A DNA stretch of 64,000 nt, from NCBI GenBank assembly GCA_963809895.1, contig CAWELD010000003.1, positions 3,296,001-3,360,000 of the forward strand, in the 5' to 3' direction. Every line of letters starts with the position of its first letter. Within the stretch, counting starts at the first letter, position 1. The notes under the pieces are model-generated. The model was not told the DNA's origin, ran no database searches, and worked only from the letters and a program-made list of their open reading frames with translations. Of this stretch, positions 30,436-40,015 are shown in pieces. This DNA is from an uncultured Gemmatimonadales bacterium. Its GTDB lineage: Bacteria; Gemmatimonadota; Gemmatimonadetes; Longimicrobiales; Gaopeijiaceae. The translations under genes and the position numbers were made by a program.

Positions 30436-31580
30436 ATGTGGCACCACTGCATCGTCTGCTCGTCGGATCTGGGCGAGAACCAGGACCTGGAGGAATTTCC
30501 CGTCGGGACGCCGGTTCGCGTTCGATCCGGCGCAAGGGGCGGCTCTGGGTGGTGTGCCCGTGCTGCGAGCGCTGGAACCTCGTGCCCTTCGATGAACGCT
30601 GGGAGGCGATCGAGGCGCTGGAGAGGGCATACCGGGATACGTCCCGTCCCGCTTCTCGACGCCGGAGATCGGGCTGGCACGCCTCGGGGGTGGTCTCGAG
30701 ATCGTGCGCATCGGGGATCCCGTGCCGGGGGAGTTCGCCGCCTGGCGCTGGGGCAGCCGCTTCGGCCGCCGCAAGCGACGACTGAAATCCCTCGTCCAGG
30801 GCGGTCCGCTCCTCAAGCTCGAGAAGGGTACCGCCTGGGCCGCGGGGATTGCGCTCGCACCCCTGGCTCCAGTGCTCGCTCCGCTGGCGGTGGTGGGTGG
30901 CGTGATCACCATCCCCCTGATCCTGCTCGCGCGCATGGAGAGCAACTGGTACCTGGCCAAGGGCTCGCCCGCCGGCGTCGGCAAGATGCAGCTCAAGTCC
31001 GGGGGGATCACGCCCTCGGACGTGTTTCCCGGGTGGTCCATCCACATTCAGGCCTGGGCTGAAGTGCCCAGCCAGGGCGGGACGCGCACGCCTGATCCGA
31101 TGGAAGGAGTACTCCGGCGATGACGCCCTCCATCTCGCGCGCCGGGCACTCCCCCTGCTCAACCGTCGCACGCCGAAGCTCACCACCATCTCCGACGCGG
31201 TGAGCGAGATCTCCAGCCATGGCGGAGTGGAGGGATACCTGTCTCATGCCGCCGCGCTCAAGCCCAGGTGGGTGCCCTTCAGGCACTACCCGAAGCCCGT
31301 GCTCATGGCCATGGAGATGGCGCTCTTCGAAGGCGAGGAGCGCCGCGCCCTCGAGGGCGAGCTCGAGCATCTCCTGGAGGCCTGGCGCGAGGCTGAGGAA
31401 ATCGCCGAGATCAGCGACAACCTCATCGAGCCCAAAGGATGGGAGGCGTTCCGGGTGCGGGTGACGGCCGCGAGCCAGGCGGCGGCGGGTGAGGAGCCTC
31501 CCACGGTGCGGAGAGACAACCTCGGTTCCATGGGCAGCGGCGGAGGTTCGCCCTCATCGCATCCCGATGCTGGCGGGTGA
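30436..31580 (+). CDS. hypothetical protein with N-terminal zinc ribbon, several frameshifts
   Basis: CIVC..LG.N..E.FPVG..AFDP..GRLWVVCPCCERWNL; C-terminal MEMALFE.EERRALEGEL..L..AWREAEEIA. Confidence 0.7.
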
Positions 31581-31650
31581 GATGCGACCCCGCATATGAT
31601 GGGGCGCGGAGGTCCCTGCTCCGCCCCCACAACCCCACCTGAGGTCCCCC

Positions 31651-32877
31651 ATGCACCCGTCGCCGAGGCAGGCACTCGTCGTCCTGATGCTCGCGGCCGC
31701 CGCATGCGCTGGGGGCGAGGAGGGTCGCCGCTTCTCGGCGGTCGTCACCGACAGCGCCGGCATCACCATCATCGACAACGGGGTCCTCGCGGACGGTCCG
31801 GACCTGCTCGCGGATTCCACGCCGTTGCTCCAGATCGGGGTGGCCGAAGGTGATGACGCCTATCAGCTCTTCCGGGTGGCCGACGCGAAGCGGCTCTCCG
31901 ATGGCGCCATCGCGGTGGCGAACGGGGGCACGCGCGAGCTTCGCATCTACGAGGCCGACGGCACCCATCGGGCCACGGCGGGCGGTGCCGGGCAGGGCCC
32001 GAGCGAGTTCACGTATCCGAGCTCACTGGTGATCCTCCCCGGTGACACGATCCAGGTGCAAGACTTCCTGGACCGCGTCTACTTCGCCCCGGACGGCTCG
32101 TTCCTGCGGCGTGAGACACTTGACCGGGACGCGTTTCGGGAGGCGATCGGAGGACCGCCGGAAGGTGGTCAGTGGATGGCTGACGGATCCTACTTTGCGC
32201 CCATCTATCAATTCGAGTCCCACCCTGGTGGGCCGAGACCAGGACCTCTGCGCCGTCCCCAGATCACCTTGGCGCGCACCCCGGAGGCCTTCTCACGGGT
32301 GGATACCCTCGGGGTATTTGGGGGGGTTCTGCAGCAGTACGTCGACGTCGGCGGGCAGAGGGGAATCTTCTCCAACGTGCCCCCGTTCGCGACCACGACG
32401 TCATGGGGATTGGGCGCGACCGACGGCACGATCATCGTAGGCGACAACGCCGATCCCCAGATCCATCGCTTCCACGCCGACGGTAGCCACTCCATCGTGC
32501 GCTGGACGGCGGAGCAGATGCCGGTCTCCACGAGCGACGTGGAGGCGTGGAAGGAGGAGCAGCGGAATGCCGAGTGGACGCGCGGACAACTGCCCGAGTT
32601 GGAGCGCGGATGGGCCACCATGGATATCCCCGAAATGAAGCCGTACTACGGGCGGGTCCGCGTCGGCTCCGATGGGACCCTCTGGGTGGGTGAGGTCGGG
32701 ACCGGCAGGGACAGCACGCACCTGCGGGTGTTCGACGCCGACGGACGCTACGCCGGCACGATCACGCTCCCGGAACGCTTCACGGTGCATGACTCGGGGC
32801 CCGACTGGGTTCTCGGAGTCATGCGAGACGAAAACGACATCGAATTCCTGCGCATGTATGCGCTGCGTGAGGGTTGA
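31651..32877 (+). CDS. 6-bladed beta-propeller lipoprotein (paralog 10)
   Basis: AAAC; TDSAGI; GGAGQGPSEF; RDENDIEFLRMY. Confidence 0.87.
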   Translation: MHPSPRQALVVLMLAAAACAGGEEGRRFSAVVTDSAGITIIDNGVLADGPDLLADSTPLLQIGVAEGDDAYQLFRVADAKRLSDGAIAVANGGTRELRIYEADGTHRATAGGAGQGPSEFTYPSSLVILPGDTIQVQDFLDRVYFAPDGSFLRRETLDRDAFREAIGGPPEGGQWMADGSYFAPIYQFESHPGGPRPGPLRRPQITLARTPEAFSRVDTLGVFGGVLQQYVDVGGQRGIFSNVPPFATTTSWGLGATDGTIIVGDNADPQIHRFHADGSHSIVRWTAEQMPVSTSDVEAWKEEQRNAEWTRGQLPELERGWATMDIPEMKPYYGRVRVGSDGTLWVGEVGTGRDSTHLRVFDADGRYAGTITLPERFTVHDSGPDWVLGVMRDENDIEFLRMYALREG

Positions 32878-32895
32878 AACGCCGATGGCGAGGCG

Positions 32896-33607
32896 TTGTC
32901 GGTGACTCGGTCTTCCGCGACTGGCACTAGGGTGCTCAAAGGGGTCGCCGGCGCAGTCGCGGCTCTAGCGTTCCTCGCGGTCACCTTCGTCTGGTTCGAG
33001 GCCGAGATCGAGGTGCGCATCCTGTGCGGCATGATGAGCCCGGGCCGGCCCGTCACCGACGCCGTGCGCATGCTGGACACCGGCAACCTGCTGGAGTACG
33101 AGCGGGTCGACGACTCTGCGATCCGGGTGACCAGCCCCTATACGCTCGGCACGACGCGCTGCGAGATCGCCCTGGCCGATGGGCGTGTCGTCTCGGGCGC
33201 GTACCGGGACACGCTCCACCCGGAACGGCTTGCGGGCTGGGTCGCGGCCGTCCTCCTCGCGGGGCTGGCCGTGTTCCAGGTGTTGCTGGCCGCCGGGGCT
33301 CCGCTGGGACGCATGGCGTGGGGCGGCTCGAGCGAGCGGCTGTCCCCAGGGCTCCGGGTCGCCAGCGGGGTATCCGCGCTGTTGGTCACGGCGGGGGCCA
33401 TGGTCGTGCTGGAGAAGGCGGACGTCATCCAGATCCTGGAGCGGCCCGGGCCTGGTGGCGGGAAGCGTGTGGGCGCTGGCCCTGATCTTCGCGATCAGCG
33501 CGGTGGCGAACGGCTTCTCGAAGAACCGCACCGAGCGCCGTGTCATGCTGCCGCTCGCGGTGGTGCTTGCGGCGGCGTGCGTCATCGTGGGGATGAGTCG
33601 GTTGTAG
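32896..33607 (+). CDS. hypothetical membrane protein, frameshift ~33450
   Basis: FQVLLAAGAPLGRMAWGG; last TM helices in ORF 33179-33607. Confidence 0.7.
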
Positions 33608-33769
33608 CGCTCCGGGGCGCACGACGCGCGTGGGCGCGTCGGAAGCTCCAGCCCGGTTGCGAGCGGACGGCGCAAGCAAGTGAACGCTGGCGGCGAAGGG
33701 GATGTCCACATAAGCTGCGACATCATGGAAACGACTGGCCGACATCGCCCATGCGACCCCCGGAAGGGG

Positions 33770-34951
33770 ATGCCTGCGACATTGCTCGTCCTCAGCTCCC
33801 TCTGCGTCGCGTGTGCACGCGGCGCAGACCGGAGCGACGCGGCTGCGTGGGAGGGAACCGTCGACACCCTCTCCACGGGTCAGATCGTCGTCCGCAACGA
33901 GGGCCGGGGCACCTGGACCGCACCGTGGAGCGCGGAGGAGACGCTCCGTCTGGGCTCCGCCACCGGTACGGGCCCGGAAACCTTCGGACAGATCCGCTCG
34001 TTGGACGTGGACGGGGCGGGGCGCCTGTGGATCCTGGATGGGCAGGCCGATGAGATCCGGGTGTTCGACGCTTCTGGCGAATACGTTCGCACGGTGGGCC
34101 GAAAGGGAAGCGGCCCGGGGGAGTTTGCCCAACCGATGCGCCTCGATCTGGGCCCCGACGGCCGGATCTGGGTCATGGATCCCGACAACGGACGGCTCTC
34201 ACAGTTCGACACTGCCGGGACCTATCTGGCGGGTCTCCCCGCCGCCGGGGGCTTCATCACGCTCCCGTGGCCCGGCGGGTTCGACGACGCCGACCGCTAC
34301 TACAGTCCGGCTCCGGTGTTCGAACCCTCCTTCCACATGGGGCTGGCGCGCTTCGACACGACCTACAGCCCGCTGGACACGCTGACGCCACCGGAGGACC
34401 CGGACACTCGTCCATCGTTCAAGATCGAGGAAGGAGGCCTGACACGCGTCGTCGCCAGCGTCCCCTTCACCGGACAGCTCCTCTGGCGCGTCTCGCCGCA
34501 GGGTACGCTCTGGGCACTGGTTACCGGCGACTACCGACTCTTCGAGCTCGACGCAGCCGGAGATACGCTCCGGACCGCCTACCGCTCGTATGATCCTGTG
34601 CCCGTGACGTCGGCAGACCGTGCCGAGGCGATCGAAGATCTGAAGTGGTTCACCGACCTGGGCGGACGGATCGATCTGTCGTTGATTCCTTCCGTGAAGC
34701 CTGGCGCTTCCACGTTCTTCATCGACGATCGGGGCAATCTCTGGGTCCTCCCGGTCACCTCGGGCGACGACGCGAGGCAGCCGTGGGACATCTTCGATCC
34801 CACGGGGATCTATCTCGGTAGAATCGAGCTCCCCTTCACCATGGCGGCCTCGCCCCTCCCCCGGGTCGAAGGCGACCTCCTCTACGGCGTCGTCAGAGAC
34901 GAGCTCGACGTGCCCTACGTCGTGGTCGCCCACATTCGAAGGCCGGAGTAG
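33770..34951 (+). CDS. 6-bladed beta-propeller lipoprotein (paralog 11)
   Basis: CVAC; GRKGSGPGEF; DDRGNLWV; RDELDVPYVV; start may be 33725. Confidence 0.88.
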   Translation: MPATLLVLSSLCVACARGADRSDAAAWEGTVDTLSTGQIVVRNEGRGTWTAPWSAEETLRLGSATGTGPETFGQIRSLDVDGAGRLWILDGQADEIRVFDASGEYVRTVGRKGSGPGEFAQPMRLDLGPDGRIWVMDPDNGRLSQFDTAGTYLAGLPAAGGFITLPWPGGFDDADRYYSPAPVFEPSFHMGLARFDTTYSPLDTLTPPEDPDTRPSFKIEEGGLTRVVASVPFTGQLLWRVSPQGTLWALVTGDYRLFELDAAGDTLRTAYRSYDPVPVTSADRAEAIEDLKWFTDLGGRIDLSLIPSVKPGASTFFIDDRGNLWVLPVTSGDDARQPWDIFDPTGIYLGRIELPFTMAASPLPRVEGDLLYGVVRDELDVPYVVVAHIRRPE

Positions 34952-35002
34952 CGTCTACCGAGTCCCGTACGCTGGTCACGACCCGCACCGAGGAGCCGCC
35001 GC

Positions 35003-36316
35003 ATGCCGCACGCGAATCCCACCGCATCGACCGCTCTCCGGCGTCTGGCGATCGTCCCGGCGCTGACCCTCGCCCTTCTGGCCCTGGCCGGCTGCCGCTC
35101 CGGCGGAGGTGTCGACTCGATGGACACCGACCGGCTCGACGACCTTCCCACGCTGCCCATCGAAGCGGACCTGCGCCTGGGGAGCTTCGAGGATCCCGAT
35201 CTGGGATTCTCGCGGATCGGCGATGTGGACGTGGACCGGGACGGGAACCTCTACGTGGGCGAAGTCATGGTGCCGGAGATCCGCGTCTACGGCCCCGACG
35301 GCGACCTGCTGCGACGCATCGGACGGCGAGGCCAGGGTCCTGGGGAGTTCGAGAGTGCCCCGCAATTCGGCGTCGCGGGAGACACGGTCTGGGCGATCGA
35401 GGGCTGGAAGAGCCGCATCACGCTCTTCGACCGCGAGGGCAGGACGCTCTCCACGGGCCTGGCGGAAGACGTCACGGTTCCGCTTCCCTCCTCGTTCGGC
35501 CACGTGCGACCCGTGGCCATGCGGCCCGACGGCACGTTCAGGAGCTTCTTCAACGGCGTTTCGTACATCCGCGGTGAGGCCACCGACGTCGAGCCCACGG
35601 ACCGCATCCGCTGGCCCATCGTGCTCTTTGCCGCCACCGGAGCCGTGACGGACACCATCGGGTGGGCGGAGCGGCCGCCGCCCCGCATGTGGCGCCCACC
35701 CTCCGAGGCCGATCCCATGCCGAAACAGATCGAGGTCGCGGGCCAGCGCATGTTCGTGCCGAGTCCGCCGACCCTCTTGCCACGGTGGCTGGACCTCCCC
35801 GACGGCTACGTCACGGTCGAGACGCCTCTGCCGAGCAACGCGGCCGACGGGACGCTGCTGGTGACACGCATCGGGCTGCAGGGTGATACCGTCTACAGCC
35901 GGACCTTGCACTACAGGCCGCTCCCCTACACCACCACGGATCTCGACTCCATCGCTGCCAAGGGTGCCCGCGGCGAGCCCGGCGGCGGGGTCCCCTTCAG
36001 ACCCGGTGCACCCCCACCCGACAACTGGGAGGTCATTGCGGCACGCTATCGGGCCGAGATGGATTATCCTGCTTTTCAGCCCCCCATCGAGTACGCCTGG
36101 GTGGGGCAGGACCAGTCCGTGTGGCTCAAGCTCACCGCACCAGGCGATAGGCCGACGGCGAGTTGGGTCGCGTTGAACGCCGACGGACAGCCGCGGGCGC
36201 GCGTCGAGCTTCCCGCCAACGCCAGCATCCGCTGGAGCGGTGCCGACACCTTCTGGGCCGTCGAGCCCGACGAGCTCGACACGCCGTTCCTGGTGCGGTA
36301 CCGGATCGGGTCCTGA
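35003..36316 (+). CDS. 6-bladed beta-propeller lipoprotein (paralog 12)
   Basis: GAGGAG RBS; LAGC; GRRGQGPGEF; PDELDTPFLVRY. Confidence 0.88.
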   Translation: MPHANPTASTALRRLAIVPALTLALLALAGCRSGGGVDSMDTDRLDDLPTLPIEADLRLGSFEDPDLGFSRIGDVDVDRDGNLYVGEVMVPEIRVYGPDGDLLRRIGRRGQGPGEFESAPQFGVAGDTVWAIEGWKSRITLFDREGRTLSTGLAEDVTVPLPSSFGHVRPVAMRPDGTFRSFFNGVSYIRGEATDVEPTDRIRWPIVLFAATGAVTDTIGWAERPPPRMWRPPSEADPMPKQIEVAGQRMFVPSPPTLLPRWLDLPDGYVTVETPLPSNAADGTLLVTRIGLQGDTVYSRTLHYRPLPYTTTDLDSIAAKGARGEPGGGVPFRPGAPPPDNWEVIAARYRAEMDYPAFQPPIEYAWVGQDQSVWLKLTAPGDRPTASWVALNADGQPRARVELPANASIRWSGADTFWAVEPDELDTPFLVRYRIGS

Positions 36317-36349
36317 AACGAGAGGAGTGGAGGTGCGCCGCGACTCCGG

Positions 36350-36365
36350 CGGCATCGGCCTTGCG
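36350..36365 (+). promoter_or_regulatory. putative sigma-54 promoter upstream of csbD
   Basis: CGGCATCGGCCTTGCG fits GG-N10-GC (-24/-12). Confidence 0.55.
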
Positions 36366-36420
36366 TCTTCATCATGGTGAGCGCCGGGAAGAGCCCGCGC
36401 GCATTCAGACCATGGAGACG

Positions 36421-36636
36421 ATGATGGACCGCAATGAATTCCAGGGAAAGTGGAAGCAGGTGAAGGGCCACGCCAAGGAGAAGTGGGGCAAGCTCACCGA
36501 CGATGACCTCGACCAGATTCAGGGGCGCCGCGAGGTGCTCGTGGGCAAGATCCAGGAACGCTACGGCAAGACCCGGGAGGCGGCGGACAAGGCCGTGGCG
36601 GATTGGTTCTCCCACGTGGACGAACGCGTGGCGTAG
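36421..36636 (+). CDS. csbD: CsbD family stress protein
   Basis: GKWKQVKG..KEKWGKLTDDDL..I.G.RE.LVGKIQERYG. Confidence 0.93.
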   Translation: MMDRNEFQGKWKQVKGHAKEKWGKLTDDDLDQIQGRREVLVGKIQERYGKTREAADKAVADWFSHVDERVA

Positions 36637-36703
36637 CCAGGCGGCCGTCGAGGAGGCCTGCCGGTGCTCGCGTCGTACCTCGACGCCGCAGCCCCGCGCG
36701 GAG

Positions 36704-36721
36704 ACGTTTCAGCTGAAACGT
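36704..36721. repeat. perfect 18-bp palindrome ACGTTTCAGCTGAAACGT
   Basis: read directly; intergenic; function unknown. Confidence 0.8.
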
Positions 36722-36780
36722 TCGAGGGCCGGTCGAGGACTCCTTCTCCTTGCCGACGCACCGCCCTTGCTCGTTCACCC

Positions 36781-36823
36781 ATGGTGACAATGTTGTAATC
36801 CCCGAAGGTAACATTGTCACCAT
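36781..36823. promoter_or_regulatory. perfect 14-bp inverted repeat, putative PadR operator
   Basis: ATGGTGACAATGTT-N15-AACATTGTCACCAT ending 67 bp before padR. Confidence 0.55.
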
Positions 36824-36890
36824 CAAGGCGCTCGACGCGTGGCGCGGGACCGCCGCAACCAGCGCCGCAACACGAGCGGGGGCTCCAGCA

Positions 36891-37217
36891 ATGGCCAAGA
36901 ATACCCTGGGAGAGCTGGAAGAGCTGGTCCTGCTGGCCATGGTGCGACTGGGCGACGACGCCTACGGGCTCGCCATCGCCGACGAACTGGAGCGCACGGC
37001 CCACCGGCCGGTCCCGCGCGCGTCCGTCTATGTCCTGCTTCGCCGTCTGGAGCATGCCGGCCTGATCGAGAGCGAACGCGAGAGCCCCGATGAGGCCCGG
37101 GGCAAGCCGCGTCGCATGGTGCGCGTGACCGAGACGGGGCTGGCGCTCCTTCGCGAGACCCGCGACACGCGCCTCCGTATGTGGGCCGGGATCGAGGACG
37201 CGCTGGAGGGGGCATGA
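36891..37217 (+). CDS. PadR family transcriptional regulator
   Basis: LGELEELVLLAM..AYG..SVYVLLRRLE..GKPRR..VT.TG. Confidence 0.93.
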   Translation: MAKNTLGELEELVLLAMVRLGDDAYGLAIADELERTAHRPVPRASVYVLLRRLEHAGLIESERESPDEARGKPRRMVRVTETGLALLRETRDTRLRMWAGIEDALEGA

Positions 37218-39865
37218 TCCGCATCCTGACGGCGCTTCTCCGCCACCTGCTCCCGGGGGATTGGGCCACGGACATCCTCCGGGACCTGGAGGAGGACTAC
37301 AGCCGGCGGCGAGCCCGGACCGGACCGGTGCGGGCCCGCTGGTGGTTGCTCGGTCAGTCGGTGCATCTGGCCGTGCGCTTCGCGCTGGAGCGGTTGCGCG
37401 ACGCGAAACCCGCCGGCGGTCCGGCCGCGTGGCTGCGTGCGATGCTCCAGGATCTGCGCTTCACGCTGCGCAGTCTGCGCCGCTCGCCGGTGTTCTTCGG
37501 CGGGATCGTCCTCACTCTTGCCGTGGGGATGGGCGCCAACGCCGCCATCTTCAGCGTGGTGCGCAGCGTGGTCCTGGCCCCGCTGCCGTATCCGGAGCCC
37601 GATCGACTCATGGTCGTGGATCCCTATCCCTGGACGCCGGCCGAGATCGTCCAGAATCTGGGCGACGCAGGACCCGGGACTCCCTACGCGGAGGTGGCGG
37701 GCTACTACCCGCGACCCTTCACCTCCACGGGCGGAGAGCGCCCCGAAGAGCTCCAGGGGGCCACCGTGACCCCGAGCTTCTTCGGCATCCTCGGCGCCAC
37801 CATGGCACTCGGCCGACGCTTCACGGCCGACGACGTCCGGGCCGACGCACCCCGCACCGCCGTACTCAGCTACGAGGCCTGGCAGCGGCTCTTCGGCGGC
37901 GACCCCGCGGTCCTCGGTCGCACCCTCACGCTCGACGGCCTCTCGCACGAGATCGTGGGCGTGACCGCGGGGGACTTCCGGCCGCTGCTCCCTCGAACTG
38001 AGCGCTCCGACGTGTGGACCCCGGCCACGATGGACCAGCTGGGCGCCGATGTGCTGCCCGAGGGCTCGATTCCGTGGGCCATCCCCCTGGTCCGCATCCG
38101 ATCGGGCATCCCCCTGGCACGTGCCCAGGAATCCCTCCGCACCGCGGTAGGCAGATTTCGTGACCGGCATCCCGACGAGAGCGGAGGTGGCCCGAGTTGG
38201 ACCCGGTGGGAGCCGCTCAAGTCCGACGTCACCGGCGCCGCCCGCGGTCCGCTCTTCATTCTCCAGGCGGCGGTGGGCGTGGTGCTGATCCTGGCGTGCG
38301 TGAACGTCGCCAACCTCCTGCTGGTGCGGTTGGGAGCGCGCCGGGGAGAGCTGGCGGTACGCACCGCGCTGGGAGCGTCGCGGGGGCAGATCGCCCGCCA
38401 ACTCGTCACCGAAAGCGTGGTGCTGGCGGTGCTGGGCGCGCTGGCCGGGTTATTCCTCGTGGCCGTCTCCCTGCGCCTGATCGTGTCCATCGCCCCCCCA
38501 GACCTCCCGCGCCTGGACCGGATCACGCTCGATATACCGGTCTTCGTTTTCGCCTTGGGCGTCGCGCTGGCGACCGGCCTCGCCTTCGGGGTGGCACCGG
38601 CCCTGTACGGAGGCGGATCTCCACACCGCTCGATGCGCGAGAGCGCCCGCACGGCCACCGGCTCCCGGCATCGCCATCGCGTGAGCCAGGGACTGGTGAT
38701 CGCCGAGGTCACGCTCACCGTGGTCCTGGTGGCCTCGGCCGGGCTGCTCGTGCGGAGCTTCTCCTCGCTGATTCGGGAGGATCCCGGCTTCGACACCAGT
38801 GACGTACTCGCCGTGCCTCTCGTGGCGCCCGAGGAGCGGTTCACGGACGTCCCGGCCCTGGAACGGTACCAGACGGGTCTGCTGGAGGAGCTGGCGCGTG
38901 TGCCCGGCGTGGCGTCGGTGGCGCTGGCCAACAACCTGCCCCTGAGCCGCGGCAACGCCACTCGCAGCCTGGTACTCGAAGGCGAGAGCGAGCCGCACAG
39001 CGCGCAGTACGGGGTGGTGAGCGAGGACTACTTCCGTACCCTGGGGATTCCGGTGCGGCGAGGACGCTCCCTCCGGGCCACCGACACCCGCACGGCGGCG
39101 GCCGTGGCCGTCGTGGACGAGTCCATGGCCCGGAGTTTCTGGCCCGACGCGGACGCCGTCGGCCGACGCTTCCGCTTCGAAGACGACTCCACCTGGATCA
39201 CCGTCGTGGGCGTGAGCGGGAGCATTCGTGGGCGCGGGCTCGCGCAGGCACCGGAGCCGGGATTCCACATCTCCTACCGCCAGCGGCCCGAGAGCCCCGT
39301 CGAGCTGGATGTGGGAAAGCGCATGGCCCTGCTGGTGCGGACACGACCCGGGACCGCGAGTCTGGCGAACCTGTCCCGGGCTCTCCGCGAGGCGGTCTGG
39401 CGCGTGGACCGGGGACAGCCGATCCCCGCGGTGGACCGGCTCCGGGATCTGGTGGCCGGTGACGCCGCGCCACAGCGGTTTCGGGCGACGCTGGTGGGCG
39501 CGTTCGCGGCCCTCGCACTCCTGTTGGCACTGGCCGGGGTGTACGGCGTGGTGGCGAATCTTCTCACCGAGCGCGTCCACGAGTTCGGGATCCGCAGGGC
39601 TCTGGGTGCGACCCATGCCGACATCGTACGCACCGTTTTCACGTGGGGATTGCGCCTGGCGGCGGCCGGCCTGGTCCTGGGACTCCTGGGCGCCGCCTGG
39701 GTGGGCCACCTGCTCTCGAGGTTCCTCTACGGCGTCGGATCCGCCGATCCCGTCAGCCTGACCGCGTCCGCGCTGGTCGTGGCGGCGATCACCCTCGCGG
39801 CTTGCCTGGTGCCGGCGTGGCGGGCGTTACGGCTACGTGCCCTCGCCACGCTGCGCTCGGACTAG
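37214..39865 (+). CDS. ADOP-type duplicated ABC permease (MacB-PCD/FtsX x2)
   Basis: QDLRF.LR.L.RSP, G.GANAAIFSVV, LILACVNVANLLL, RRGELAVRTALGA, E.GIRRALGA. Confidence 0.95.
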   Translation: MIRILTALLRHLLPGDWATDILRDLEEDYSRRRARTGPVRARWWLLGQSVHLAVRFALERLRDAKPAGGPAAWLRAMLQDLRFTLRSLRRSPVFFGGIVLTLAVGMGANAAIFSVVRSVVLAPLPYPEPDRLMVVDPYPWTPAEIVQNLGDAGPGTPYAEVAGYYPRPFTSTGGERPEELQGATVTPSFFGILGATMALGRRFTADDVRADAPRTAVLSYEAWQRLFGGDPAVLGRTLTLDGLSHEIVGVTAGDFRPLLPRTERSDVWTPATMDQLGADVLPEGSIPWAIPLVRIRSGIPLARAQESLRTAVGRFRDRHPDESGGGPSWTRWEPLKSDVTGAARGPLFILQAAVGVVLILACVNVANLLLVRLGARRGELAVRTALGASRGQIARQLVTESVVLAVLGALAGLFLVAVSLRLIVSIAPPDLPRLDRITLDIPVFVFALGVALATGLAFGVAPALYGGGSPHRSMRESARTATGSRHRHRVSQGLVIAEVTLTVVLVASAGLLVRSFSSLIREDPGFDTSDVLAVPLVAPEERFTDVPALERYQTGLLEELARVPGVASVALANNLPLSRGNATRSLVLEGESEPHSAQYGVVSEDYFRTLGIPVRRGRSLRATDTRTAAAVAVVDESMARSFWPDADAVGRRFRFEDDSTWITVVGVSGSIRGRGLAQAPEPGFHISYRQRPESPVELDVGKRMALLVRTRPGTASLANLSRALREAVWRVDRGQPIPAVDRLRDLVAGDAAPQRFRATLVGAFAALALLLALAGVYGVVANLLTERVHEFGIRRALGATHADIVRTVFTWGLRLAAAGLVLGLLGAAWVGHLLSRFLYGVGSADPVSLTASALVVAAITLAACLVPAWRALRLRALATLRSD

Positions 39866-39978
39866 GACCGGTCCGAAGAGGCTGCTCCGCTGGATGCCCC
39901 GCCTTCGGTGGCGGCAGACACCTGCCCGGGCGAGCCTTCAGTAGATGATCCTGACGCGCGGAGCTCGGGGGATTATAT

Positions 39979-39994
39979 TTCGACACATGTCGAA
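39979..39994. promoter_or_regulatory. operator-like palindrome TTCGACA-CA-TGTCGAA
   Basis: abuts a TATATT -10-like hexamer; 21 bp before paralog 13. Confidence 0.45.
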
Positions 39995-40015
39995 CTTGAC
40001 GCGGGGCTGTACCCT

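Noticed and set aside
4995..33450. Programmed frameshifting or phase variation of propeller genes
   Set aside because: Indels also hit unrelated conserved genes and come in compensating sets; no consistent slippery motif or long homopolymer
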